From contig DATIBO010000006.1 in NCBI GenBank assembly GCA_035457485.1, forward strand, positions 94,134 to 158,133: a stretch of DNA of 64,000 nucleotides, read 5' to 3'. A program made the position numbers and the translations under genes. The stretch comes from Candidatus Saccharimonadales bacterium (GTDB taxonomy: Bacteria > Patescibacteriota > Saccharimonadia > Saccharimonadales > EFPC-124). Below the pieces are notes generated by a model, which did no database searches, was not told where the DNA came from, and was given only the letters and a program-made list of their open reading frames with translations. Position 1 is the stretch's first letter. Each line of letters starts with the position of its first letter. Positions 35,287-43,965 of the stretch are shown here, one piece after another.

Positions 35287-37182
35287 ATGGCATTCGGTAA
35301 AAAACCTGATCCAATTGACTTAGCCCAAGCTCAACGCTACCGCGAGCAACAAGAAATCGAGCAAGAATTTTTGCGCGGTATAACAACTCTGCGCGACATC
35401 ATCGCGCCAAGCTCACTCGAAATCCAGAGTGGCTACTTTAGGCTTGGCACAAAATACGCTCGCACACTTTACGTTTATGGCTACCCGCGTCAAATCTTTA
35501 CTGGCTGGCTAAGTCCGATCATCAATATCGACGAAGTTATAGATGTAAGCATGTTTGTTTATCCAGTTGAAAGCCAGGTAGTTTTAAACAATTTGCGCAA
35601 AAAAGTAGGCCAGCTAGAAGCCAGTATTAGCATTAACGCTGAGCGCGGTAAGGTGCGCGATCCGGGCCTACAGGCTGCTATCCAAGACGCCGAGGAACTG
35701 CGTGACCAACTGCAAGTTGGTGCTGAACGCTTTTTTAGGTTTGGCTTGTATATTACAGTTTACGGTGACAGTTTAGATGAGCTGCAGTTTGTGCAACATA
35801 AGATCGAAACAATTCTAGGTCAGCAATTAGTGTTCAGTAAGGTTGCTAGCAGTCAAATGGAGCAAGGAATGAACAGTACGATTCCGCAAATGACCGACCA
35901 GCTACAGATTCGCCACAACATGAATACGGGCGCACTTAGCACAAGTTTTCCGTTTACAAGTGCCGACCTCACCCAAGAAAAAGGTGTGCTTTATGGAATC
36001 AACATGCATAATAACGGCCTTGTGATTTTTGATCGATTCAGTTTAGAGAACGCCAACATGGTGGTGTTTGCAAAATCTGGTGCCGGTAAATCTTTTGCGG
36101 TCAAGCTAGAGGCTTTGCGTAGCTTAATGATGGGTACCGAAGTAATTATCGTAGACCCAGAAAACGAATATCAGCGACTTTGCGATGCGGTAGGCGGAAG
36201 TTATGTTAATCTAAGTTTAAACTCGACCACTCGAATAAATCCATTTGATCTACCAAAAGTAGTTGAAAGCGAAGAGGCCGAGGACGCTCTACGTGCCAAT
36301 CTAATTAACTTACACGGGCTTTTGCGACTTATGATGGGTGGCGCACAAATGTTACCTGGTGGCGTAACTTTGCCAGCGCTCAGCCCAGTAGAAGAAGCTG
36401 ATCTTGATCAAGCTCTGATCGATACCTATGCCCGAGCAGGAATCACGAGCGACCCATTAACTCATACCGGGCAGCCGCCAACAATCAACGATCTTTACGA
36501 GACGCTATTACATATGGGCGGGAGTGGTCCGCAACTTGCACAACGGTTGCGAAAATATACAACTGGAACATTTGCCGGTATCTTTAGTCAGCAATCAAAT
36601 GTGGACATCAACAATAAAATGGTTGTTTTTAGCATCCGAGACCTAGAAGACGAGCTTCGCCCGGTTGCAATGTATATCGTTTTGAGCTACATCTGGAATA
36701 AAACACGCGCCGAGCGACGCAAGCGTTTATTAGTAGTTGATGAGGCTTGGCAGCTAATGAAATATGAAGACTCGGCAAACTTCTTATTCAGCCTCGCTAA
36801 GCGCGCAAGAAAATACTTTTTGGGTATGACCACCATAACTCAGGACGTTGAAGACTTTATGACCAGTAAAATGGGTCGTGCAATTGTGGCGAATGCCAGT
36901 ATGCAAATTCTACTTAAACAGTCCACTTCGGCAGTTGACGTTTTGGCGGATGTGTTTAAGCTAACCGAAGAAGAAAAAAAGCGTTTGGCTCAATTCCCGG
37001 TAGGGCAGGGGTTGTTCTTTGCCGGACCAAATCATGTGCACTTACAGATTATTGCTAGCCCAACTGAGACCGGCTTGATTACAACCAATCCTCAGCAGCT
37101 TCAACAGTTACAACAGCTTTATGCACAGCAACCTAACCCACAGCAACCAATACCAGGTCAAGGAGTAGAAGGTGCCCTATAA
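35287..37182 (+). CDS. virB4: VirB4/TraE-family T4SS ATPase (C-terminal ATPase portion)
   Basis: Walker A AKSGAGKSFAV, Walker B LLVVDEAWQLM, motif ITQDVEDF; SD AAGGAGG 11 nt upstream of ATG; starts 1 nt after stop of upstream N-domain ORF, different frame. Confidence 0.8.
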   Translation: MAFGKKPDPIDLAQAQRYREQQEIEQEFLRGITTLRDIIAPSSLEIQSGYFRLGTKYARTLYVYGYPRQIFTGWLSPIINIDEVIDVSMFVYPVESQVVLNNLRKKVGQLEASISINAERGKVRDPGLQAAIQDAEELRDQLQVGAERFFRFGLYITVYGDSLDELQFVQHKIETILGQQLVFSKVASSQMEQGMNSTIPQMTDQLQIRHNMNTGALSTSFPFTSADLTQEKGVLYGINMHNNGLVIFDRFSLENANMVVFAKSGAGKSFAVKLEALRSLMMGTEVIIVDPENEYQRLCDAVGGSYVNLSLNSTTRINPFDLPKVVESEEAEDALRANLINLHGLLRLMMGGAQMLPGGVTLPALSPVEEADLDQALIDTYARAGITSDPLTHTGQPPTINDLYETLLHMGGSGPQLAQRLRKYTTGTFAGIFSQQSNVDINNKMVVFSIRDLEDELRPVAMYIVLSYIWNKTRAERRKRLLVVDEAWQLMKYEDSANFLFSLAKRARKYFLGMTTITQDVEDFMTSKMGRAIVANASMQILLKQSTSAVDVLADVFKLTEEEKKRLAQFPVGQGLFFAGPNHVHLQIIASPTETGLITTNPQQLQQLQQLYAQQPNPQQPIPGQGVEGAL

Positions 37183-39820
37183 CGTTCCAACGGGAAACGA
37201 ACCAGACTACGAACCGGATTGGCGTTCAAGATTAAATAACTTTGAGGGCCAGCCACAAATACCTGAGGTCCAAGAGCAGGGCCGGCTTTCGCGTGCTGGT
37301 GAACGCATCGGTGACGAAGTAAGCTCACGAGCAGGCGATCTTGCTAGAAAAGGTATCGAAAAAGGCTTTAAAAAAGGCGCTGAACAAGGTGCTAGGACCG
37401 CTGCACAAGCTGGTGGCGAGGCCCTGGCTAACACGGCCGGATCGGCAATTGCTAGCGGGGCTACAGCCGGAACAGCCGAAACCGCGGGCGCATTAGGAGC
37501 TGCTGGTGCCGCCGGTGCTGCAGGTGCCGCGGGCACTGCGGGAACAGCGGGAGCAGCAGGAACGTTGGCTGCGGCGGAAGCGGGGATAGCAGCGGCGGGC
37601 GCCGCATCAGCACCCGAGACAATGGGAGCTGGTTTAGTTGTTGCTGGTGGAGCAATGGCCACTACCGCTGCAGCCGCAGCTACCCCAGTAGCCGTTAAAG
37701 CTGCAACTGGGGTAGATGTTTCGCCGAGTGGAGTTATAAAAGCAGCCACTGGCTCAAAAAGATCACTTTTAGAGACAATAAAAAGCCATAAAGTCATAAT
37801 TATAGCCGTAGCCGTTTTATCGCCACTATTACTTATTTTCGGAGTAGTGTTCTTGGCGTCGCCGTTTAAAGGCGATATCGCAACAAAATCTGTGGCAGAC
37901 AAAGCCTTTTCACCCATAAAAACAATTGTAGAGCTAAGAACTCGCACAATCTTAGCCGGCTATGTAATCGGCGGATCTAAAGCTAGCATTGAGGTCGGGT
38001 TGCCGCAAGCTGGCGGTAAAGCCGGTCAGCTATACACCGCCATGCGCGATTTAGGTTTCGAAGAAGTTATAAAAGATAAGTATTTGCTCGCATTTGAAAG
38101 AGGCAACGAAGCCGGAACCGTACGCGTTGTAAGCCGTGGAATTGGCCTGGGCGACGCAAACACAAACCTTGAGGCATTGGCACTTTTAAACAAAAGCACT
38201 GGGGTGAGAGGTGTTATTCAAAACGAAATGCACTCTTGGGATTGGGCGCAGCATAGCAAAATTGCACAACCAGCCAAGGCTCTTTATCAAAACCCACGAT
38301 TAAACATTCCTGGTGCCGACGAAGCTCAAAGCGGCGAACAGCTAAGCGAAGTTGCCAAATATCGCGTTTCGACCACAACTCAACCGACGGTCACAAACGT
38401 TGGCAGCGCAATGGGCTGTATGCTCGGCACAGGAGTTTGCAACCAAGAGAACGTTCAGCCCGACATAACCGCAAACTCAACCTTACAAGAGAACGAATCG
38501 AGTTCACTAGTAACCGCAACTCAAAAAGCCTTCAATGATAATCTTGAAACAATAAGCCCCGAAACCAACTACGAAGCTCCAACTTTACGCGACAAATCAA
38601 GGAGCAACCTAACAACCCAGCTAACACAAGCTAGTTTGCCACTTTTTGGTTGGCTGGATGTAGGAACAGTAACAGATTACGGCAGCACAGACCCTGCTTA
38701 CAAGGATCTCCCTGTGAATATGCGTCGCCAACAAGCCGGAAGCCTTTTCTTGATGTCGTGGATAGGGACCAGCCAGAGCACAGCCGAGGAAGTTAACTAC
38801 AAATCGGCCGGCATCATGGCAAAAAACTTTGTTGATATGGAAGACTCGCAAGCGTACAACTATATATCCTACGACGACACCAGCAGGGGTAAGCCGCTCG
38901 AAACTTACCAAAAAGTTAACAGCGCCGCCGAAAATCCAATGCAGACCTTCAAGGATTCGTGGTTTACCGAAAACTCCGAACTACAAAATACTTTTGGAAT
39001 TTTTGCCGCCTGGAATGCAATCCGAGACTTGCCGATCTTCGGTTCGATAATTGAACAGTTGGTTACGACAATGGTAAACAACCCGCTAATCAACATCGGT
39101 GGGGAGATAATTGCCAACTCTCCTTTAGTACTTTTACTAAAAAACTTCGGTCCGCAACCCGTTCAAGATTTACTAACATTCTTAACCGAACGCCCTTTAA
39201 GCGAAGTTATTGGCACGAGCTTCGGATTGTCTTCGGATATGTTAATTAACGAATGTGATATGTCTTTAAGGTCATTCAACTTCTTAAACTGCATGGTATC
39301 GGGCGCACAAGACCTATACGTAACCACCTGCGAACAAAACTTTGGTTGTGGCAACTTAAGCGAGCAGGAACTGCAAGAACTCTACGCCTACCGCGCCCAG
39401 GCCGATAAAGAAAACTTAGCCGCATTGCCATGGCAAGAAAGAATGTTCAGTTTAAATACCCCAGGTTCATTGGCGAGTGTAGCAGTTTTGCGATCACCAA
39501 TGCCTATAGATTCAACACAAAACATGGCCTCTTTTGCCAAGGGAATTGCCCGAGCAGTAGCCAGAATTCCAGACAACCTAGCGACAATTTTTGCAGGCAA
39601 AGCACTGGCTGCGGCCAACGATCCAAACAGTATTAGCGGCATAAATAACAATCAGGGCATTCCTCTGGGCACATTGCAAAACACCCAACTTTCGCCGCAA
39701 ATGCTACAAAACGACGGAACCTGCCCCGAAAAACAAGAAGGCGTAGAGGATGTTTGCTGGGCCGATAATGCCACAATCGACGGACTGCTTACTAAATACG
39801 TAACTTACAAATACTTATGA
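37172..39820 (+). CDS. large bitopic protein: Ala/Gly-rich cytoplasmic N-terminus (Gly-X-Y-like repeats), single TM, ~650-aa extracytoplasmic domain (T4SS-associated surface component). GTG start
   Basis: SD AAGGAG 6 nt before GTG; low-complexity (GCN)n DNA 37440..37700; TM IIIAVAVLSPLLLIFGVVFLA; no recognised fold in ectodomain. Confidence 0.5.
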   Translation: MPYNVPTGNEPDYEPDWRSRLNNFEGQPQIPEVQEQGRLSRAGERIGDEVSSRAGDLARKGIEKGFKKGAEQGARTAAQAGGEALANTAGSAIASGATAGTAETAGALGAAGAAGAAGAAGTAGTAGAAGTLAAAEAGIAAAGAASAPETMGAGLVVAGGAMATTAAAAATPVAVKAATGVDVSPSGVIKAATGSKRSLLETIKSHKVIIIAVAVLSPLLLIFGVVFLASPFKGDIATKSVADKAFSPIKTIVELRTRTILAGYVIGGSKASIEVGLPQAGGKAGQLYTAMRDLGFEEVIKDKYLLAFERGNEAGTVRVVSRGIGLGDANTNLEALALLNKSTGVRGVIQNEMHSWDWAQHSKIAQPAKALYQNPRLNIPGADEAQSGEQLSEVAKYRVSTTTQPTVTNVGSAMGCMLGTGVCNQENVQPDITANSTLQENESSSLVTATQKAFNDNLETISPETNYEAPTLRDKSRSNLTTQLTQASLPLFGWLDVGTVTDYGSTDPAYKDLPVNMRRQQAGSLFLMSWIGTSQSTAEEVNYKSAGIMAKNFVDMEDSQAYNYISYDDTSRGKPLETYQKVNSAAENPMQTFKDSWFTENSELQNTFGIFAAWNAIRDLPIFGSIIEQLVTTMVNNPLINIGGEIIANSPLVLLLKNFGPQPVQDLLTFLTERPLSEVIGTSFGLSSDMLINECDMSLRSFNFLNCMVSGAQDLYVTTCEQNFGCGNLSEQELQELYAYRAQADKENLAALPWQERMFSLNTPGSLASVAVLRSPMPIDSTQNMASFAKGIARAVARIPDNLATIFAGKALAAANDPNSISGINNNQGIPLGTLQNTQLSPQMLQNDGTCPEKQEGVEDVCWADNATIDGLLTKYVTYKYL

Positions 39821-41094
39821 ACAACTTAGCTAAACGATTTATCCTAATTTTACTGGCGGCAACACTACTTATCGCGAACGGTGCCAGCGAAGTCAGTGCT
39901 TATAACACTCCTCAAACTGTAGAGAGGGGAGGGCCGGCTTTTGAGGAAGGTTCGTGCAGCGCCACGCCGCAAACATCGGAACTTGAAGGCTTCAAGCTAC
40001 CGGCAACCAAAGGTTATATGGGCAATGAAGATCCAGTAGACGAAAACGGCAATCTTACAACCACCGGAGAGGGCATGGCTTACGGTAAGTTTGCAAAACT
40101 TGGCCAAAATTACCGTGACTTCTACATCACAATGCGGTGGACTACACATGAATGGTTCTGGGACGGCAGCGCCAGAGTGGCCGATCAGGCTCAAATTGCT
40201 TGGCTAAATGAAGCCCCACGAAAAGTTCTAGTAACCAATCCAAGATCAAACAGAAGTATTATTGCCGTTGTTATGGAATCTGGCCCAGCGCCATGGACGG
40301 GCGTAGACACTGAGCGAAATAACGATCCTAAGCAAGGCTGGCAACAGCCACAATTAGGAACACCTGCAGAGTATGGCGGTCGCGTTTCCGGGTTCCCGCC
40401 AGTGGCGGTCGAAGCTTTGCTCGCTCAGCAACGAACGGGTGGTCAAACTAATGGTGATGAGCTGCTTTATTCCTGGGCACCAGACCAAAACGCTGAGCCC
40501 GGACCTACGGACTTATCGGTTCAAAACTCGGACAGTACGGCAATTTGTGCTCCAACAGGTTTAGGTGTAAGCCCAGACGGTTTCGTATTCCCACTAATCA
40601 CAACAAAAACAGAACTCAAAAAAGGTGGCTGGAACCCTAATTGTGTTAACAAAGTTTCATCTATGGGTGCGCTAGGAACAGTCGTGAGAATACAAGGCCT
40701 CTGTCACCACGATTACTTAGCAGCAGACATTCTTGATCCAGTTGGAACTAAAGTTGTTGCCGTACGACCCGGCAGAGTTATTAGGGCGAACTCAGAGATT
40801 AGCTGCTTTAGCCCAAGTGTAACAATATTTAGCGACCCAGCTCTTGGCGGCGACGGTAACACATACTACACAACCCATATGGGGCAGCAAGGCAGGCCTA
40901 CCGAAGACACAATTGTGAATGCGGGCGATATTATTGGCGAAATTGGCGACCCGCACGGTTGCTTCCCACCACACTTGCACATAGACGTCAGTCCGATCCA
41001 AACGGGATTCCCGAGAAATAGCGGTGGAACACACGGCCCTTTACTCGATCCTCAGCCGGCATTAAAAGCTTCTTACCAAACATTACCGGAGTAA
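39817..41094 (+). CDS. secreted M23-family metallopeptidase (peptidoglycan hydrolase)
   Basis: Signal peptide; C-terminal M23 motifs HHDYLAADI and HLHIDV with TYYTTHMGQ between them; ATGA overlap with upstream. Confidence 0.65.
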   Translation: MNNLAKRFILILLAATLLIANGASEVSAYNTPQTVERGGPAFEEGSCSATPQTSELEGFKLPATKGYMGNEDPVDENGNLTTTGEGMAYGKFAKLGQNYRDFYITMRWTTHEWFWDGSARVADQAQIAWLNEAPRKVLVTNPRSNRSIIAVVMESGPAPWTGVDTERNNDPKQGWQQPQLGTPAEYGGRVSGFPPVAVEALLAQQRTGGQTNGDELLYSWAPDQNAEPGPTDLSVQNSDSTAICAPTGLGVSPDGFVFPLITTKTELKKGGWNPNCVNKVSSMGALGTVVRIQGLCHHDYLAADILDPVGTKVVAVRPGRVIRANSEISCFSPSVTIFSDPALGGDGNTYYTTHMGQQGRPTEDTIVNAGDIIGEIGDPHGCFPPHLHIDVSPIQTGFPRNSGGTHGPLLDPQPALKASYQTLPE

Positions 41095-41097
41095 AAA

Positions 41098-42300
41098 ATG
41101 AGAAGAAAAATAATAATTTTCGTCATCGTAGCAGTGGTCCTTGTAGCAATCGGTTTTTTCGCATATAACTTTTTCACCACAGAACAAGTGAACATAAAAA
41201 GCAATAGCCAAAACGCCAAGGTATCTATCTACACATTGCAAAACCAGGTTGTTGACTCTAAAAACGCGCCATACAGCACCCGACTTAAGCCAGGTATATA
41301 CTCGGTAGTTGTTACCGATAACCAAAAAGAGACGCGATCGATTTTTACGTTAAAACAAGGTACCCCTGTAGACCTAACACTCGATTTAGTTGATGTAAAG
41401 TCTCCAAAAAAAATAGCACCCTATTCCTCAAAATACATTTTTGCAGATGAAAACTTTTTGAATTTTATACGCAAGGACGTTAATCAATTAGATAGATTAA
41501 CTTTTGGCGAGAAGTACCTTAAAGAGTTGTCTCAGGGATCATACTCTCAAGCATATTGGGCAAACGCCGATCAAGCCATATTAACTGATACAGCTAATAA
41601 AAGCCACTATTACGACTTTGGGACAATTTCTCCTCTAGGCTATAAAATCACTAACCCAGGTACGATCTCGTTTTTAGGTGATTCACTGGCTTACATAGAA
41701 CAAAAGGTCGTCTACATAAGGCCTACAATCACAGCGGCTCCTGTGGTCGAAGTTCCTGTTAGATTCCTTCAACCGCAATTATCACTTGGTCCAAATAATC
41801 AATTTGTCGTCTTTGAAACAGGCGTGTTTGTGGATGAGACTGAAGGCGAAGAAGGGCAGGCGCAATCCGAATTGAGTAACGCAACTCCCGAAATTTATTC
41901 CGGAAACGAAAGGCTTCAAAAGCAAAGTGATGCGTTGAAAAACTACGTAATCGACGGGGCGACTTGGTCGCCCGATGGCCAGAAACTCGCCTTTAGTGCA
42001 GGCGATGGTATTTATATAATGGATATAAATACATCTTCGATTAGACAACTCTACCTAAGTTATACAACTCATCCACAAAGTATAAAGTGGCTCGACGAAC
42101 AAACATTGATATATTTTCTAGACCAAGGAATATGGAAAATTACGCTAAACGAAACGCCAACATGGAATCTGTTGGCGAAAGTGGAGGGCAGCTTGGGTTG
42201 GAGTGCGCCGCTTTCACTATCTCCCTCAAAAAAGGAGATCTATTACTCATCAGATGAACTACAATCCAGTAATGATGCAGTATACCAGATCGATTTATAA
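41098..42300 (+). CDS. membrane-anchored TolB-like beta-propeller (PD40 repeat) protein
   Basis: N-terminal TM IIIFVIVAVVLVAIGFFAY; PD40-like WSPDGQKLAFSAGDGIYIMD. Confidence 0.5.
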   Translation: MRRKIIIFVIVAVVLVAIGFFAYNFFTTEQVNIKSNSQNAKVSIYTLQNQVVDSKNAPYSTRLKPGIYSVVVTDNQKETRSIFTLKQGTPVDLTLDLVDVKSPKKIAPYSSKYIFADENFLNFIRKDVNQLDRLTFGEKYLKELSQGSYSQAYWANADQAILTDTANKSHYYDFGTISPLGYKITNPGTISFLGDSLAYIEQKVVYIRPTITAAPVVEVPVRFLQPQLSLGPNNQFVVFETGVFVDETEGEEGQAQSELSNATPEIYSGNERLQKQSDALKNYVIDGATWSPDGQKLAFSAGDGIYIMDINTSSIRQLYLSYTTHPQSIKWLDEQTLIYFLDQGIWKITLNETPTWNLLAKVEGSLGWSAPLSLSPSKKEIYYSSDELQSSNDAVYQIDL

Positions 42301-42351
42301 TTTCTAAGAATAGAAGGGGCAGAGGTGGCTTTGGCCACGTACCCCTTATCC

Positions 42352-43914
42352 CTATGCTGGAAGCATAGTACAAATTTTTCTTCGGAGGTCAGGACTGATA
42401 TTACGACAAACGTAACTATCGCCCGTTAATCCACTCGACCCCCCCATATAGTAGACCCATCTACCATCCTTCCATTCAAGAGCAATGGAATATCCGTCTC
42501 CCCAAGTACCATAATCCTCGAGGTAAGAGTTGGCGTCGGCAACTATCCAGTTGTCGCTGCACCAAACCCGAAAAACTTCAGCATTACCTGGAAGTTGAGC
42601 AATCGCCTTAACCTCTTTTGCAGTCAAACATGGTACAATTCGAGTTACTTTGATTTGCAAAGTCCCGACGATCTGCATCCGCACCCCCTCCAGCGCGCTC
42701 ATCACCGTTGTCCATCCGAGTTTTACACCCTCGACGACGGCAAAAAAGCGGCCAAAGAACTTTTCGGTGAAGGTCATTGGATCGGCGAAGCCGCCCATTA
42801 CCCTCAACACGGTTTCGCCGCATTTGCTTGCCACGATTTCGTAAAAATCGTAGAAGCTCATTTTGGCGATGTCTTTGCCGAGCTTGGCAGCGTTACCCAG
42901 GCAACTCACGACATCTTGGATGTCGAGCAGCGCCCTGGCTCGCTTGACCGAAGTTGTTAGGTCCTCGCCGGTGGCAATACTAGCCAAGAACTTCAGCGAT
43001 CCCCAAATAGCTTCGGCCAAAAACACGTTAGGCTCAGCTCGCAACTCCACAGTTGCCGGCAGATTACTGGCCGTTAACTGCGCATCAAGCACGGCTCGTC
43101 GCGGCAAAAATGCCTGAGTTGCCTTGTTGTTGAACAGCTGCTTTGCCAGCTCAATGGTGTAGCGCTCGTCGTCGGTGGTCTCGCCGCCAACATCGAACTT
43201 AACACCCTTCGTGGCTGCAACCGACAAAATGTACTCGACGCGATTACTAACGCTGAGCATCGCTGTTTTGCCGGCGGCGTTCAGGCAGGCTCGAATCGGA
43301 CTGTCGGGTTTGGTCGTCGACCAGCCTGTCATACCGCTGATTTTGACCTTGCCGAGCTCGTTGGTCTTGACCTCGGTTTTACAGTCACCATCTTGCGGCG
43401 TACCTAGCAGAGACGGGCTGACGATTCCGCGCAGTGGCTCGTCGAGCAAGTATGACACTGTCTTGGGCGACAGATGCGGAACTTGCGCCTTGAGCACGTC
43501 ACCCTCGACGATTGCCGGCAAAAGCCGCCAGCCATCGCCATTGGGCGCGGGAGTGTAGAGCAGCGCTTGATCTGGCCGAACGCCAGCGGGCAAAAACTTG
43601 CCCTGCAGCTTCAGCTCGATCGTAAGCGGTTTAAGCGGTTGTGCTCCGCCCTCAAAACTGAGGTCGAACGTGCTCGAAGCCTTGAACAGGCTCGAAGCCG
43701 GCTTGTAGCTCTTAGGCTCGATCATGGTCAGGCGTGTGCCAACCTTAACCGCGCCATCCGGCACATGTACGGTAAGTTCGCCGAGAGTGTACGTGCCACT
43801 CTTATCGATCTTAACGGTGTGCTTCGCCGGCTCGTCACTACGAGTGCAGGCCGCACCAGCAGCCAGCATCAGCATCGAACAGGCGAGCGCAATTGTGCGC
43901 TTAATCTTAACCAC
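42352..43914 (-). CDS. hypothetical lipoprotein encoded by a ~62% GC single-gene island
   Basis: Lipobox LAAGAAC after basic n-region; 520 aa; GC about 62% versus about 43% in flanks; multiple stop-free antisense ORFs. Confidence 0.55.
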   Translation of the reverse strand: MVKIKRTIALACSMLMLAAGAACTRSDEPAKHTVKIDKSGTYTLGELTVHVPDGAVKVGTRLTMIEPKSYKPASSLFKASSTFDLSFEGGAQPLKPLTIELKLQGKFLPAGVRPDQALLYTPAPNGDGWRLLPAIVEGDVLKAQVPHLSPKTVSYLLDEPLRGIVSPSLLGTPQDGDCKTEVKTNELGKVKISGMTGWSTTKPDSPIRACLNAAGKTAMLSVSNRVEYILSVAATKGVKFDVGGETTDDERYTIELAKQLFNNKATQAFLPRRAVLDAQLTASNLPATVELRAEPNVFLAEAIWGSLKFLASIATGEDLTTSVKRARALLDIQDVVSCLGNAAKLGKDIAKMSFYDFYEIVASKCGETVLRVMGGFADPMTFTEKFFGRFFAVVEGVKLGWTTVMSALEGVRMQIVGTLQIKVTRIVPCLTAKEVKAIAQLPGNAEVFRVWCSDNWIVADANSYLEDYGTWGDGYSIALEWKDGRWVYYMGGSSGLTGDSYVCRNISPDLRRKICTMLPA

Positions 43915-43965
43915 TCCTTACGGGCTTAGGATTTTTACGGACACCATACTTTTAACATACTTTGG

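Noticed and set aside
37440-37700. GC-rich (GCN)n repetitive DNA
   Set aside because: It is an imperfect codon-level repeat encoding an Ala/Gly-rich low-complexity segment within a long ORF. It is not a discrete tandem repeat, CRISPR array or separate high-GC island, since the GC is confined to about 260 bp and is explained by Ala/Gly codons.
37207-37947. ORF 37207..37947 (-), 246 aa, Ala/Pro-rich
   Set aside because: It is antisense to the (GCN)n Ala/Gly-rich coding region of the 882-aa protein. A reverse complement of GCN repeats gives an open frame automatically.
28418-43920. Integrative conjugative element (ICE) or prophage interpretation of the T4SS-like region
   Set aside because: No integrase, recombinase, relaxase, VirD4, replication or phage structural genes are in the window. 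There are no flanking direct repeats and no tRNA at the boundary. Except for the lipoprotein island, the region has native GC. It is better explained as a chromosomal host-interaction or DNA-uptake apparatus, although elements outside the window cannot be excluded.
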